IMG/VR virus record: IMGVR_UViG_3300045988_159113
Length of the DNA: 64,000 nt
Direction: 5' to 3' (one strand)
Origin: a virus
Positions 50,103-60,993 of this stretch are shown piece after piece. Numbering within the stretch: position 1 is the stretch's first letter; every line of letters begins with the position of its first letter. A program made the translations under genes and the position numbers. The notes below the pieces were generated by a model. That model saw nothing but the letters and a program-made list of their open reading frames with translations, did no database searches and had not been told where the DNA came from.

Positions 50103-51590
50103 TTATAAAATATGCGCACCAGCCATGATGTCATATTTATCAAGTATGCCTTGGATACGTTTAATCTTCTTGTTCATATCACAAGATAGCTGTTTACCTC
50201 CGACATATATATCGTGTTTTTCAACATTGATAAATAAAACGTTTGCATAGTGCTTGTTAAAAATTAATTTAAGATACAAATCATCGTCAAGTGCGAAATC
50301 TTTAATCATATCGTAGTCGATAGCGTCCTCTAGAATATACGGAGGGATAAATGTCCCACCGCATCCAGTAGGAAGTAAAGAGCGAGTAGCTACACCTTGC
50401 GCACCACGAAATACTGGCCACTCTCCGTATGGCTTGATACTTCCGTCAATATCCATAGAAATCAAACGGCAACGGCCAGAGATAACACATCCCGGATTTC
50501 TTTGCCACCAGGTAAACATTCGCTGTATCATCGTGTTTTCGTATTCAACATCATCGTCTACTAACAAGATACAGCGATCGTAGTATTCAGTGGCTGCATA
50601 GATCCATTTGTTATGTGGTCCCATATCATCAATAACTGGGTGGACTTCTATATCTCCAGCTTTAACAAGATCAAGCAACTCCTGAGACATGTTTTTTACA
50701 TCATCAACTGGAATATTCAGAATGAATTTTTCCGGTCTCATCGTCTGCCTTAGAATGCTTAAAATCGCCGTCATGGAGTTATTCATCCTTTCGCCATATG
50801 TTGCCATAGATACAACAACACCCGGCAGTCTCTCCTGCAGCTTCTCCTTATATTGTGGAAAATGTGCAGCGAGTATGTTATGAATCTCTGTGTATTTCTC
50901 CTTGTTGACATCTGCCAGGCAATCCTCTTGGTTTGTCTGTATGTCATACCTACATATACCGTTTTCATAAAGTGATCGGTAACGTCTACCAGATAACACA
51001 CAAAACAAAAACTGCCACGTCTCATCCGATGTAGGAGAAAGTGCCATGAATTTTTCCCTATCAAAGAATAAAGGAGAGGTGAAAGTGTGAGCTGGGTATA
51101 AAGTGCCAGCTGCACCATTTGCCGGTTTCTGGTTTATTGTTGGAACGCCTCTGAGGTATATATTGTCAAAATTTCTGATTTCTCGCAGGCTTCCGTCGCG
51201 TTCGGTTATTACTACACTCGAAGTTTGCCCGTAAATAATATCCTCTGGGTACTTCTTATGCATCTCTATAAATTCATGTAGCCATCCTGGCCTCATTGTC
51301 ATATCATCATCAACTACAAGTATGGCGTTATCTGGGTATCGTTCGAGAGTTGGGATGAGTTTCTTATGGCTTCTTATATTGCCTTTGTCCCATATTATCT
51401 CAACGCCGAAATCCTCGCGCAAATCCTTTGGCAAATCAAGTTCCAGATTCGGGAACTCATCCTCGGACAATACGAGGACGAAATGCACATCGTCTTCTTT
51501 CTGTCCGAGGATTATATTGTAAATGTCCCGAGTAGTACCTATTCGCTTTGGGTATGATGTCATACTTACGATTAGTGTATCATTATTCAT
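50103..51590 (-). CDS. Tandem-duplicated GT-A-type glycosyltransferase (495 aa, no TAG)
   Basis: Intact track ORF. Two homologous halves are each anchored by a DDD motif: (IVSMTSYPKRI...ILVVDDDMT) and (VVSMATYGERM...ILLVDDDVE). The ATG overlaps the upstream TGA (ATGA, 51587-51590). Confidence 0.75.
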   Translation of the reverse strand: MNNDTLIVSMTSYPKRIGTTRDIYNIILGQKEDDVHFVLVLSEDEFPNLELDLPKDLREDFGVEIIWDKGNIRSHKKLIPTLERYPDNAILVVDDDMTMRPGWLHEFIEMHKKYPEDIIYGQTSSVVITERDGSLREIRNFDNIYLRGVPTINQKPANGAAGTLYPAHTFTSPLFFDREKFMALSPTSDETWQFLFCVLSGRRYRSLYENGICRYDIQTNQEDCLADVNKEKYTEIHNILAAHFPQYKEKLQERLPGVVVSMATYGERMNNSMTAILSILRQTMRPEKFILNIPVDDVKNMSQELLDLVKAGDIEVHPVIDDMGPHNKWIYAATEYYDRCILLVDDDVEYENTMIQRMFTWWQRNPGCVISGRCRLISMDIDGSIKPYGEWPVFRGAQGVATRSLLPTGCGGTFIPPYILEDAIDYDMIKDFALDDDLYLKLIFNKHYANVLFINVEKHDIYVGGKQLSCDMNKKIKRIQGILDKYDIMAGAHIL

Positions 51591-54253
51591 TCTTCTAAAA
51601 CAAAATAGAAAACACCAGCTCTTGGTGTCGTTGAATTAAATTGTGATTCTGTAACTGCTTTAAGCTTATCGCCCCAAGGTATGTCAGAAGTGGTAAGCTT
51701 TCTAAATGTTGCCGTTCCGGTTCCTGTCGTAGGTGCTGCAAGAACTGTATTTTGTGCTCTGTTGATATTCTTTTCATAAGCTGGAACGTTTACGAAAAGA
51801 CAACCTGATCCATCACTCTCTACACCTCTGTAATCGGAAGCTCCGCTAGTTATAGGCTAAAGAGTAGGAGGTGTTGTTCCGTGCCCATACCCAGAGATTT
51901 TTGTTGGATCTATAGATCCTGTGTAATCTTTACAAGTTCGAACCATACCAGACGTTCCACCTCCTGCAGTTGGGAGGGCACGCCACTCACCTGTACCGTT
52001 ATTTCCACCATTAAGCCATCGAGATGCGCTAAGACTATCATTTATTGTTCCTGGAACAATACCAGCAACACCTTTAGCCAATTTAGGAATATCAGCAGCA
52101 TCTCCCTTTGCGCCCTTTATATTGCAAACAAGTACCCAGTTAAAAGATGACTGCTCTGCATTTGCAGCTTTAAATACATCACATGTATGAGTGTTGAGAT
52201 ACATGTCGCCAACCTTTGCATTTGTAACTGCATGCACTCCAGCATTTGGAACAGCAGTCCCAGAGTGCCATGTGATAGTTGCTCCAGTGTCTCCCTTCTG
52301 ACCTTTCAGATTATTGAACGTAAAGGTTGTAGTTGCGTCACTTGTTGTTGCCGAAACTGTAGGAGTCCCGACGCTATTAATATTACCGCCTGCAGCTGCT
52401 TTAATAGTTGGAGTTGTTCCATTCGCTCCCTTGATATTACAAACACCGGCCCACTTATTGGTTCCTGTTGATTTATACACGTTGTAGGTTTTCGTGTTCA
52501 GGTACATATCACCTGTTTTTGCACCAGAAACAGTTGCTGCCGTACCAGTCACGGCTGTGCCGGTATGCCATGTTACAGTAGCGCCAGTGTCTCCTTTCTA
52601 TCCCTTTAAATTATTAAACGTGAAAGTTGTGGTCGTCCCGCTTGTGTTTGCTGTAACACTTGGAGTTCCGACAGCTCCGATATTACCACCAGCTGCTGCC
52701 TTTATGGTCGGGGTTGTTCCATTGTTTCCTGGCGTTCCTTGTGGCCCCTTGATATTGCAAAGATAAACCCACTAGTTAGGAGCGGTTGCCTTATATACAT
52801 TACTTGTTCCAGTGTTGAGGTACATATCCCCAGCCTTAGAACCAGAAACGGTAAATGTTTTAGCAGTGGTAGAGGTGCCGGTAACAGCACCGCCAGAGAA
52901 CCATGTAGCAGCAGCTCCAGTTGAACCTTTCGATCCATTCTTTACTGTTATCGTTGAGCCGTCTGTGAAAGTGTAGACATTACTACCGCCATCTGCTGTT
53001 GAAGTTGTGGTTTGCTTTCCGCCTTTTTGAAGATAGTTTGAAAGGTCAACGGTTCCGCTGAGATTGTCCCATTTACTACCATCCCACACAACGTTGTCGC
53101 CAGCTTTGATATTATTAGTTTTGTCTGCCTTTGTTATGTTCCAGACATCACCAATATTATTCCCTGAAGTTGGAAGTTCGGAATAATTGGTTTTTGTGCC
53201 TTTGTATTTATAAATTGTGGAGATGTCGGACTTCTTGGCGTAGTTTTTGAGGTAATCAAGTACTGCGTTTGTTGTTGGTATGCCATAAAAGTTATCAGTA
53301 TCGTACCCTCCTATTCTATCAACGTGCCCGAATTCCAAATATCTATTATTTTGTACATCATACTAACCTCCCATCATTAACGACGTATTTGTTCCGTCAT
53401 CAAAAATACAATTTGATATTTCAATAATCGAATTTGGGTCTAATTGATAAAATCCAAGCTCAGGTACATTGCCAACCATATTTATATTTGAGCATGAATC
53501 AATATGAGTACAAATTACACCAGATAGAAATATAGTATTTGAAGTTTTAATATTAATTGCTATATTCTAAATAATAATATACGCACTATTTACAATAGAT
53601 GACACACCAAAATCGTTAACGCTTGTTAACTATCCTTTTATACGTATACAAGAAGAATTGGAAATCCATGCAACCGTTCCATTATTAAGAGAAAGCGTTG
53701 GCATAGTAATGAAAATACTTTCATCTAATGCATGGCTATAATATAAGTTATCTGCCACAAACATTATACACGAAATACTTATTTTTGCAGAATCAGATAA
53801 CTAACAATCGTATATATATAAAACAGCATCTTCACTGCTAATTATTCCTTCTCCTCCAATCGTTCCATTCTTAATCGTCAATGTACCTGTCAACTATGTC
53901 GTCCCGCTCAACGTCAGCGTGTACCCATTCAAATCCAAAACACCTGTAGTAATAGGCAAAGCTGTCAAATCGCTTGATGCTATAAAGTCAGCCTTTGCTT
54001 TTGGATTCTTTCCTTTAAGCGCAGCATTGATTACTTTATTCTATACAGCATTTACTGATGTGTCATTAAGCACAGAGTCAATAGTCATGCCTGTCGGTAT
54101 CTCTCTGGAACAAGCCTTGACCTATCCGCTACTATCTACATATACAGGTTTCGTAGGCGAACCGATCTGAGCACTTACCGCCAACTTATCCGACACCCTA
54201 GCATGTAATGTATACTGGTTATTTCCAGTTTGTATTTTTCTAATATCAGACAT
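51587..54253 (-). CDS. Tail fibre/spike protein (888 aa): beta-helix-like N-terminal half and three ~100-aa tandem repeats
   Basis: Track ORFs 52772..53338 and 51857..52552 are in the same frame. Region 53339..54253 was hand-translated from ATG 54251-54253: TAG only. The motif GDMYLNT..Y(K/F)..W..CNIKG..G recurs three times. Confidence 0.75.
52150..53000 (-). repeat. Three diverged ~300-nt tandem repeats inside the fibre gene
   Basis: Protein repeats T(W/V)(F/T)(S/W)(G/H)..GDMYLNT...CNIKG..G..PTIKAAAGGNI..VGTP.V.A.TS..TTTFTFNNLKGQKGDTGA. The nucleotide similarity is visible by eye. Confidence 0.6.
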
Positions 54254-54261
54254 ATTTTTTA

Positions 54262-54297
54262 TTTAAAATAAAAAGAGGAGGTATTACGCCGCCTCTC
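54262..54297 (-). terminator. Rho-independent terminator
   Basis: Hairpin gaggagg/ccgcctc (~54275-54297) with a minus-strand T-rich tract (plus atttaaaataaaaa). Confidence 0.55.
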
Positions 54298-54317
54298 GTA
54301 TGTTAATCTAATGTGAA

Positions 54318-55508
54318 TTACTGAACAGTAACAGTGTGGTTGTGATTTCCAGCATCGGTAGTCTGAATTGTGCTGGGTGTGCCAGCGCCCAACTTGGGAG
54401 TACCAGATACGGAAACCGTACCCTCGGTGCCAGTGAATACAGCCTTGAGGCCAGTGGTAGCAGTGAATGTAGGAACACTTGCAGTTGCGCCAGAACGAAG
54501 AGCTGTTGCAACAGTTGCGCCAGTGCCATCTGCGGCAACCTGACCAGTTGCGTATGTAAAGTCTGCTGCACCCTGAGCAAATACTGCTGTACCAACCTCT
54601 ACACTTCCAGCAGTAAATTCTGCGCCAGTCAGAGCATCAGCAGTAGTCAGGCTATGAGTTACACCAGTAACAAACTTATTAGCACACGATGCGCCAGTCA
54701 AGAATGTTTTAGTAGGTGCAGATGTATTAATCGAAGACTTACCCATAGCAAGCACTAAACATTCACCATCAGCCTGATATGTTGCACTTTTCACAACATC
54801 TTCAGCCATAGAAGCTGATACACTCGTAACTGCAGCACTAGTAGTCTTGTCGATAGTAATACCGTCAGTAGGAGCGGAAACAGTTCCGCCTGTTACGAAT
54901 TTACCTTTGGTTACCGTATGTGTTGGTGCTGTATATTCAACACTTGTTATAGCCTTTCCTGTACCAGTTACACCCTTTGCTGTTGCAGTCTTCAACTTTG
55001 AAGTAGAACCACCAGAAAGCGTGATAGTAGGAGCACTTACAGTTCCTGAAGTCTTAACTCCATCAGCAGCAGCTGTAAGAGTAACAGTGCCAGCGGGTGT
55101 ATACTTACCAGAGAAAGTTGAAGCTGCGCCAGTATAAGTTGGAACAGTTACGCTATGCTTATGTGTACCATTGCTTGAAGTTGTACCAGCTGCGCTGTTC
55201 TTACTTGCCAACTTGCCGTATGCATTAAGAGCATCGAGCAGGCACCACTGCTTGGTTGATGTCTCGCCTGACTTCTTCTCAATCCACACATACTCGGCCT
55301 TGTCATGTACAACCAAATCACCAACACGAATGTCAGCAGCTGTTGCCTTAGCACCGTAGATGTCGGTTGGTACCTGTGTGCCCTCATTTGTAATGGCTAC
55401 AGTTGTTATACCTTTAAATTTAAGAGTGTTAACAATCGCGTCACGAGCGACTGAGTCCTTGATGTTATAGACGGTTCCACCAAGGTTAATTTTACTAATA
55501 TCTGCCAT
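54318..55508 (-). CDS. Fibre protein, Thr/Ala/Gly/Ser-rich (396 aa, no TAG, GC-richer)
   Basis: Intact track ORF, ATG to TAA. The N-terminal module MADISKINLGGTVYNIKD is duplicated at 55680-55947. Confidence 0.8.
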   Translation of the reverse strand: MADISKINLGGTVYNIKDSVARDAIVNTLKFKGITTVAITNEGTQVPTDIYGAKATAADIRVGDLVVHDKAEYVWIEKKSGETSTKQWCLLDALNAYGKLASKNSAAGTTSSNGTHKHSVTVPTYTGAASTFSGKYTPAGTVTLTAAADGVKTSGTVSAPTITLSGGSTSKLKTATAKGVTGTGKAITSVEYTAPTHTVTKGKFVTGGTVSAPTDGITIDKTTSAAVTSVSASMAEDVVKSATYQADGECLVLAMGKSSINTSAPTKTFLTGASCANKFVTGVTHSLTTADALTGAEFTAGSVEVGTAVFAQGAADFTYATGQVAADGTGATVATALRSGATASVPTFTATTGLKAVFTGTEGTVSVSGTPKLGAGTPSTIQTTDAGNHNHTVTVQ

Positions 55509-55526
55509 AGTAAATTTTAATTTTTA

Positions 55527-55947
55527 TTATTTTGAATCAGAAATGATTGTGAATACGTTATCATCCAGTAGTGTTTGTAATCTTCTATATTTTCCTTTAA
55601 ATAAAATATAGATATCTCCATTGTCCATAATCTCAAACAGATTTTTCCTGTCTGTATCAGAATAACTGCTTACCAAGCATGCACCACTGCTTGGTTGATG
55701 TCTCGCCTGACTTCTTTTCAATCCATATATACTCAGCTTTGCCATATACAACCAAATCGCCAACACGAATATCAGCAGTTGTTGCTTTATCACCGTAGAT
55801 ATCAGTGGGTACCTATGTGCCCTAATCTTTAAGGGCTACAGTTGTTACACCTATAAATTTAAGAGTGTTAACAATCGCGTCACGAGCGACTGGGTCCTTG
55901 ATGTTATAGACGGTTCCATCAAGGTTAATTTTACTAATATCTGCCAT
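55527..55947 (-). pseudogene. Chimeric, frame-broken fibre gene remnant
   Basis: 55680-55947 is a diverged copy of the 5' ~85 codons of 54318..55508, in frame from ATG 55945-55947 to TGA 55657-55659. 55527-55670 is a copy of the 3' end of 55954..56652 (..SDTDRKNLFEIMDNGDIYILFKGKYRRLQTLLDDNVFTIISDSK*), in a different frame. Confidence 0.6.
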
Positions 55948-55953
55948 ATCAAA

Positions 55954-56652
55954 TTATTTTGAATCAGAAATAATTGTGAATACATTATCATCACTTACTG
56001 TGAATGTATCATCCAGTAGTGTTTGTAATCTTCTATATTTTCCTTTAAACCAAATATATATATCTCCGTTGTCCATAACCTCAAACAGATTTTTTCTGTC
56101 GGTATCAGAAGTGCCACCTCCTATTGAGTACACGGTATGTGCTGTGCCTATTGTGCCATCAGCGTGGTCATCTGTGAACTTATCGGCGTTGTTATGCGAT
56201 ACGTTAAACTTTCCGCTTGCATGTTCTGCGTCATGCAGTGTTTGTGTTCCGATACCTTCTGCGAAAGACGAGGCGCCTTTTGCAGAGTTGCCAGAGTTAG
56301 CTTTTAAACTTGCAACACCTGTCCCTTTTTCAATAGGAAGATCACAAGATATTTTGACGCCTTTTTCATCAGCCGACAAAGCCACGCCATTACCAGAGAT
56401 GAAATTTAAATTCGCAGCACCAGATACTGAGACGTACGGGACCTTGCCATCAACGGAATATGACGAGATTCTAGGAACGCCTCCTATCATGCTTATGCCA
56501 TGCGTGAGAATATCACGCTGTGATGCGTCGGGATCTGTTATGAATACTATGGACTAATCGGAAATAGCATTTCCTGCGCCAGCTTTAAAAGTGTTATATG
56601 CGGCTCTTGTGTGGAAATTTATAAACCGACTTGTCAAAGTTGTGTTTCCCAT
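55954..56652 (-). CDS. Fibre-associated protein (232 aa, one TAG)
   Basis: Track ORF 55954..56490 extended in frame through TAG 56554 to ATG 56650-56652, which is preceded by an in-frame TAA. Confidence 0.7.
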
Positions 56653-56678
56653 AGTATTGAGTGGTTAAATTATGCCTG

Positions 56679-58481
56679 TTATACTTCGGTCCACTGGAGA
56701 GTATCCGTGAGAGTCTTGAGCTGAGCAGCAACAGATACACCTGTTGTGTACTCAATCTTTGTAGCGTCAAGTGTTACGGTTGCAATCTAGAGATCTTTTT
56801 CAGCACCTTCTGTTCCAAGTGCCTTTGTGCAAGATACACCGTTAACTTTAACGATGTCGATTTTGCTACTAAGATTTGTTGCAATTTCATAAACACCATC
56901 ATGCAACTCATTCAAGCCTTTGACAACCTGCTCGTTCGTGTTATTTACAGCAGATGCCAAAGTTGCACTGTCAACATACTTGTCAGCTTCACCAACAAGC
57001 GGGTTGTTATATACTGCATACTTGCCCTGACTTGTTAGATGTGAGTCAACGCTCAAAGTAGGCACATTAGTAACTGCAAGCTTGTCGACTGCAATATTAT
57101 TATTTTCTATTGAAATACCAGCACCAGCTGTAAGCTTAGCATTCTCAAGTGCTGTAATCTTACCCTCGAGGTCGGCCTTAGTAGTATTAATAGTGCCGTT
57201 GATCTCTTCGGCCTTTGCATTAATTGCCTCATTGGTTGCTTCCTTTGTGAGGTAATCGTCAGCTGCTGCTTCGGCCATTGAGCCATGGGGAACAGTTACC
57301 GGGGTGCCTTTAACATTCAAGGTAAGCATTCCGGTGCCAGCTGTGACATCTCCAGCCTGAAGTGCAGAGGTTGCAGCTGTTACAGCAGTTGCGAGTTCAG
57401 GAGTAGATGTAACAGTGATAGTAGCAACACCAGCATCATTTGTTACAGCGCTAGCTGTCACGTATCCAGTACCTGAAGCTGTGACACTCTTAACACCATG
57501 AGCTGCTACGTCTGCCTTAATAGTTTCGATTTCCTCTTTTGCAGCATCGAGTTCAGATTTAGGAGCTGCAGCGTCGGCCTTATCCAAACTTCCCTGAACA
57601 GCAGTTGCGAGGTCTGCCTTGGCGATAGAACCGGGCTTGATAGTTGCTGATATCTCATTTGTACCGCTGATTGCAAGCTGAACCTGTGCAGCGTTAGCCT
57701 GTGCTGTGTAAACATCAACGAGATCCTTGACGGCTATATAAATTGGTGATTCGTCCTGGTTTGCAATTGTGAGCTTGATATACTTATCACCTTTAACGAG
57801 GCCGGTTTCAGTTGTTGCTGTGATAACCTAACCAGACTTTACCACAAGATCCTTGGGTATATCAATGTCAACAGGTGTACCATCGGGACCAGTGAAAGTG
57901 TAAGATTTCAGATAACCAGCGTTTGCGGTTTCCTTGGCAGCTACGCCGATATTGTTAACCTTTGTCTCTAAGTCACTAAGACCGGGAACTTCTGCAGAAG
58001 TCAACACTTTGCCCTCTGTTACGAGACCCTTGGCGTCATACTTTACAACACTAAAATCAGTAGCAGCTGTGATAGCTGTATTTGCAACAACTGCCTTGTC
58101 TGCGGTTGCTTTAACGGCTGCAATAGCTGCTTTGTTTTCGGTGTTTGCAGTCTCAAGTTTTGTAACCTTATCGGCCAGATTACCAACCTCGGCCTGAGTG
58201 TCACCACCCTAGACTTTCCAGTTCTCGGCGGGAATCTTACCTTCTACAAGTGAATCAGCAAAACCAGCATCACCAGCAGGGCCAATATAAGTATAAAGGG
58301 TACCGCCAGAAGTTGCAACAGTCAAGCCAGTATAAAGTGTACATTTATCAGCACCGCCCCAAGTCGCGGGATCGTAGATGTCTGTAGCCTGATCAACAAC
58401 CAAACGGTCATCAAGAGGACGCGCGGTTGTAAATTTAAAAGAAACGCCAAATTCGGCCTTACTTGCATATAATTTTGCCAT
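56679..58481 (-). CDS. Ala/Thr-rich coiled-coil fibre protein (600 aa, few TAG), preceded by an AAGGAGGA Shine-Dalgarno-like site
   Basis: Track ORFs 58209..58481 and 56787..57587 are in the same frame, with TAG at 58209 and 56787. The frame continues to TAA 56679-56681 (..AAQLKTLTDTLQWTEV*). The interior 57588..58208 was not exhaustively checked. SD-like site at plus 58487-58494. Confidence 0.7.
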
Positions 58482-58497
58482 ATTATGTCCTCCTTAA

Positions 58498-59565
58498 TTA
58501 CTTATTATAAATTACACGGAATAAGCTATCTGCAGTTGGGGTTGCATTTATCTTGAACTGCTTGTATGCTATTTTGGTTGTACCATCTCCAATTGCAAGC
58601 TATACCTCACTCTCTGTTGCAGCTTCTGCAAACCACTAACCCAAACCGTACTTTTCAATTGTCACACTACCAAACACGGCGGGTACTGCGATGAGAGCAA
58701 CGCCAGCCTTCAATGTCAGCTCGCGAGTCTGCGCATCTACTATAGGTTGCTTTGTCAGCTTACCAGCTTCAGCTGTACTTGCATAGATTGAATACACAAA
58801 CTTGATATTCTTGGACTGCGTCTTTGTGATAGGCTTAATATGAAAAGTGTCATCAACCTGAGAGTGAGGTGTAGCATTAACTAAAAGAGTCGTAGAGCTA
58901 CCAGTTACTGCCTTATTCGTTGCTGTTCCCTTATTAGTCTTCACTGTGTCAGTACTTCCAGCATATGCACGCGTAGCGGTAACAGTCACAGTTGTGGGCT
59001 CGAGAATCTGACCGCCCCAGCTATTGCTACCATTGAGCGAGAACGTATTAGTTGCCTCTCCGCCAGTTGTGGTATATTTGCCGCTTACAGTCTTTGCAGG
59101 GCTACCAGTAGCAGCAGAAGCTGCGGGCTATGCAGGGCAAGTCTTACCAACCTCAACAAGGGATTCAAAAGTAGAGTTGAAGCTGATAGTTGCATCTGTA
59201 AAATTGGGTGCATACTCAGGATAGAGCAGCATATCCAAAACTTCGTTGATGCTCTTGCCATTCAAAGATTCGGCAGTAGTGCCGGCTGCGATGCCACCAA
59301 TAGCAGCGGTTGAAGCTGTAGTGTCTGCGGGTGCATACTTGCCAGTTCCGAGCTCTATTTCCTTTTTCTAAATAGCACCATTTGTGTCAACATAGGAAGC
59401 CATAAGCTTTCCATCATTAAACTCCACATCAGTGATGCCGCTATAGCTCTTGCCATTCATCAACAGACATCCTGCATCCGATGCAAAATAGATGCCATCA
59501 GCGTGAGTAATCTGATTGTATGCTTCCAGATTACCACGATAAAATTTGACTGATTTATTAGCCAT
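58498..59565 (-). CDS. Fibre/virion protein (355 aa, several TAG)
   Basis: Track ORFs 59368..59565 and 58636..58989 are in the same frame. The tail was hand-translated through TAG 58636 and 58600 to TAA 58498-58500. The gap 58990..59367 was not exhaustively checked. Confidence 0.6.
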
Positions 59566-59580
59566 ATAGGTTTATTTTTT

Positions 59581-59868
59581 TTAAAGTGTTACTTCATTCC
59601 AAATCTAATCCCCAGGTGTTGTTTCCTTGAGGACCTTGATATCTGCTTTATTTTCTTTGACGGTCTTGACAAGCTTGCCCATGTTGACAACCTCCTTATT
59701 CCCGTCTATGGTCACGATCACATCGTTTAGCTCGCCCGAGATCTGACCACTACCATTTCCTTTTTGAATCTTCAGCTTGTTGACTTCACGCTGGAGATCA
59801 GAAACGATAGGATTCCTGTCATATCTCTCGATGCCTAGATTGATTGATCCAATATTTACTTTTTCCAT
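59581..59868 (-). CDS. Small virion protein (95 aa, one TAG)
   Basis: Track ORF 59605..59868 extended through TAG 59605 to TAA 59581-59583. Confidence 0.65.
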
Positions 59869-59934
59869 ATCTACTCGATTTTGTATGTGAAATTTTCCAG
59901 GTCAATCTTTTCCTTTATGCTCACATGCTTAACA

Positions 59935-60180
59935 TCACAGGTAGCCATAAGAGAAAGGCTTTGAAGATGACAGCATGACGTGCATGCCTGGATACAGGTT
60001 TAACTCAGTCAAAACATCGCCAGCCTTGATATTGTCAGCCTTTACCCAGTCTGCATCCTCGTCTACTCGTACGAAAACAGAAATGGTAGAGGTGGCATCA
60101 GTCTGCAAGATGTTCGTGCCTGTGCTCTTGAAAGTAGGCGAATCGTATACGCCACTTGCATTTTTCTCTACGTTAGTCAT
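59935..60180 (-). CDS. Small hypothetical protein (81 aa)
   Basis: Intact track ORF, ATG to TGA. Confidence 0.6.
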   Translation of the reverse strand: MTNVEKNASGVYDSPTFKSTGTNILQTDATSTISVFVRVDEDADWVKADNIKAGDVLTELNLYPGMHVMLSSSKPFSYGYL

Positions 60181-60285
60181 ATTTTATATGTTTATTTTGG
60201 TGAATTTATGCTATACTTATTTTGTAGGTACGAGTTGATCACCAAGTACTAAATCGCGAATCTATAAACAAAACCGCATGAGCTA

Positions 60286-60305
60286 ATCTTTAACGTGTTA
60301 AAGAT
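60286..60305. promoter_or_regulatory. Perfect 20-bp palindrome ATCTTTAACGTGTTAAAGAT immediately after the HTH gene
   Basis: 9-bp arms with a 2-nt centre. No T-run follows on the minus strand, so an operator is as likely as a terminator. Confidence 0.4.
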
Positions 60306-60306
60306 A

Positions 60307-60609
60307 TTATCCTATGCAGGAGTTTTGTTTGTTTTTATAATTATCCAAATCTCCCTTGTACCACACGAGTTCTTTAAATCCTAACCTCTTCTATCCTTTC
60401 GGAATCAATCCATCCCTTACCAACTTATCAAACGAGCTCCTGCTTATCTCTAGGTACATGTAAGCCTAGGCCTTACTATATGGCTAGTGTGAAATAGCTG
60501 ATAGTAGGTCGTCGGCTTGTTGCGCGGTCATTTCACATGATCCGTTGTCGATTCTGTCGGCTATTTTCCGCAACTCGCGTGAGATAAGTTTTCGTAGAGT
60601 TTCTACCAT
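60307..60609 (-). CDS. Helix-turn-helix DNA-binding protein (excisionase/AlpA-like HTH; 100 aa, three TAG)
   Basis: Hand translation gives MVETLRKLISRELRKIADRIDNGSCEMTAQQADDLLSAISHQPYSKAQAYMYLEISRSSFDKLVRDGLIPKGQKRLGFKELVWYKGDLDNYKNKQNSCIG*. The pattern ..YL.ISRS.FD.LVR.G.IPKG.K..GFKEL.W.K.DLD is typical of small phage HTH proteins. Confidence 0.65.
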
Positions 60610-60956
60610 GGGTCTTTAATTATTATGTTTGACAATAAAGCCAAACCCGAAACAGGTAAAATTATACGCACCAATGTCAACATAACACCAAGACCAAACA
60701 TTCTGTTGTACATTATGAAGCACTGGATAATAAAAGAATGAAAAATCAACCATCTGAAGTTGTTACAAAATCCCAATAGATAGGTTGATAAGATTAAGAC
60801 AATAAAAGCGCACAAGCTCTAGCCAAAGATAAACTCAAACACACAAAGATGTAAACCGCACAGCGCAGCTATACAGTGAATAGACATAAAAAGATCGACG
60901 GATACGACGAAGATTTTAATAAGTTCTCTTATACTTTTTAAGCTTAAAGCTTTCAT
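60528..60956 (-). CDS. Small multi-pass membrane protein (142 aa if TAG 60603 is read through; 117 aa if it terminates there)
   Basis: Track ORF 60603..60815 extended upstream through TAG ~60819 to ATG 60954-60956. Three to four hydrophobic stretches. Overlaps the HTH gene start. Confidence 0.55.
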
Positions 60957-60993
60957 TTTTCCTCGCGTTTTTACAATAATAATATTTAACAAT

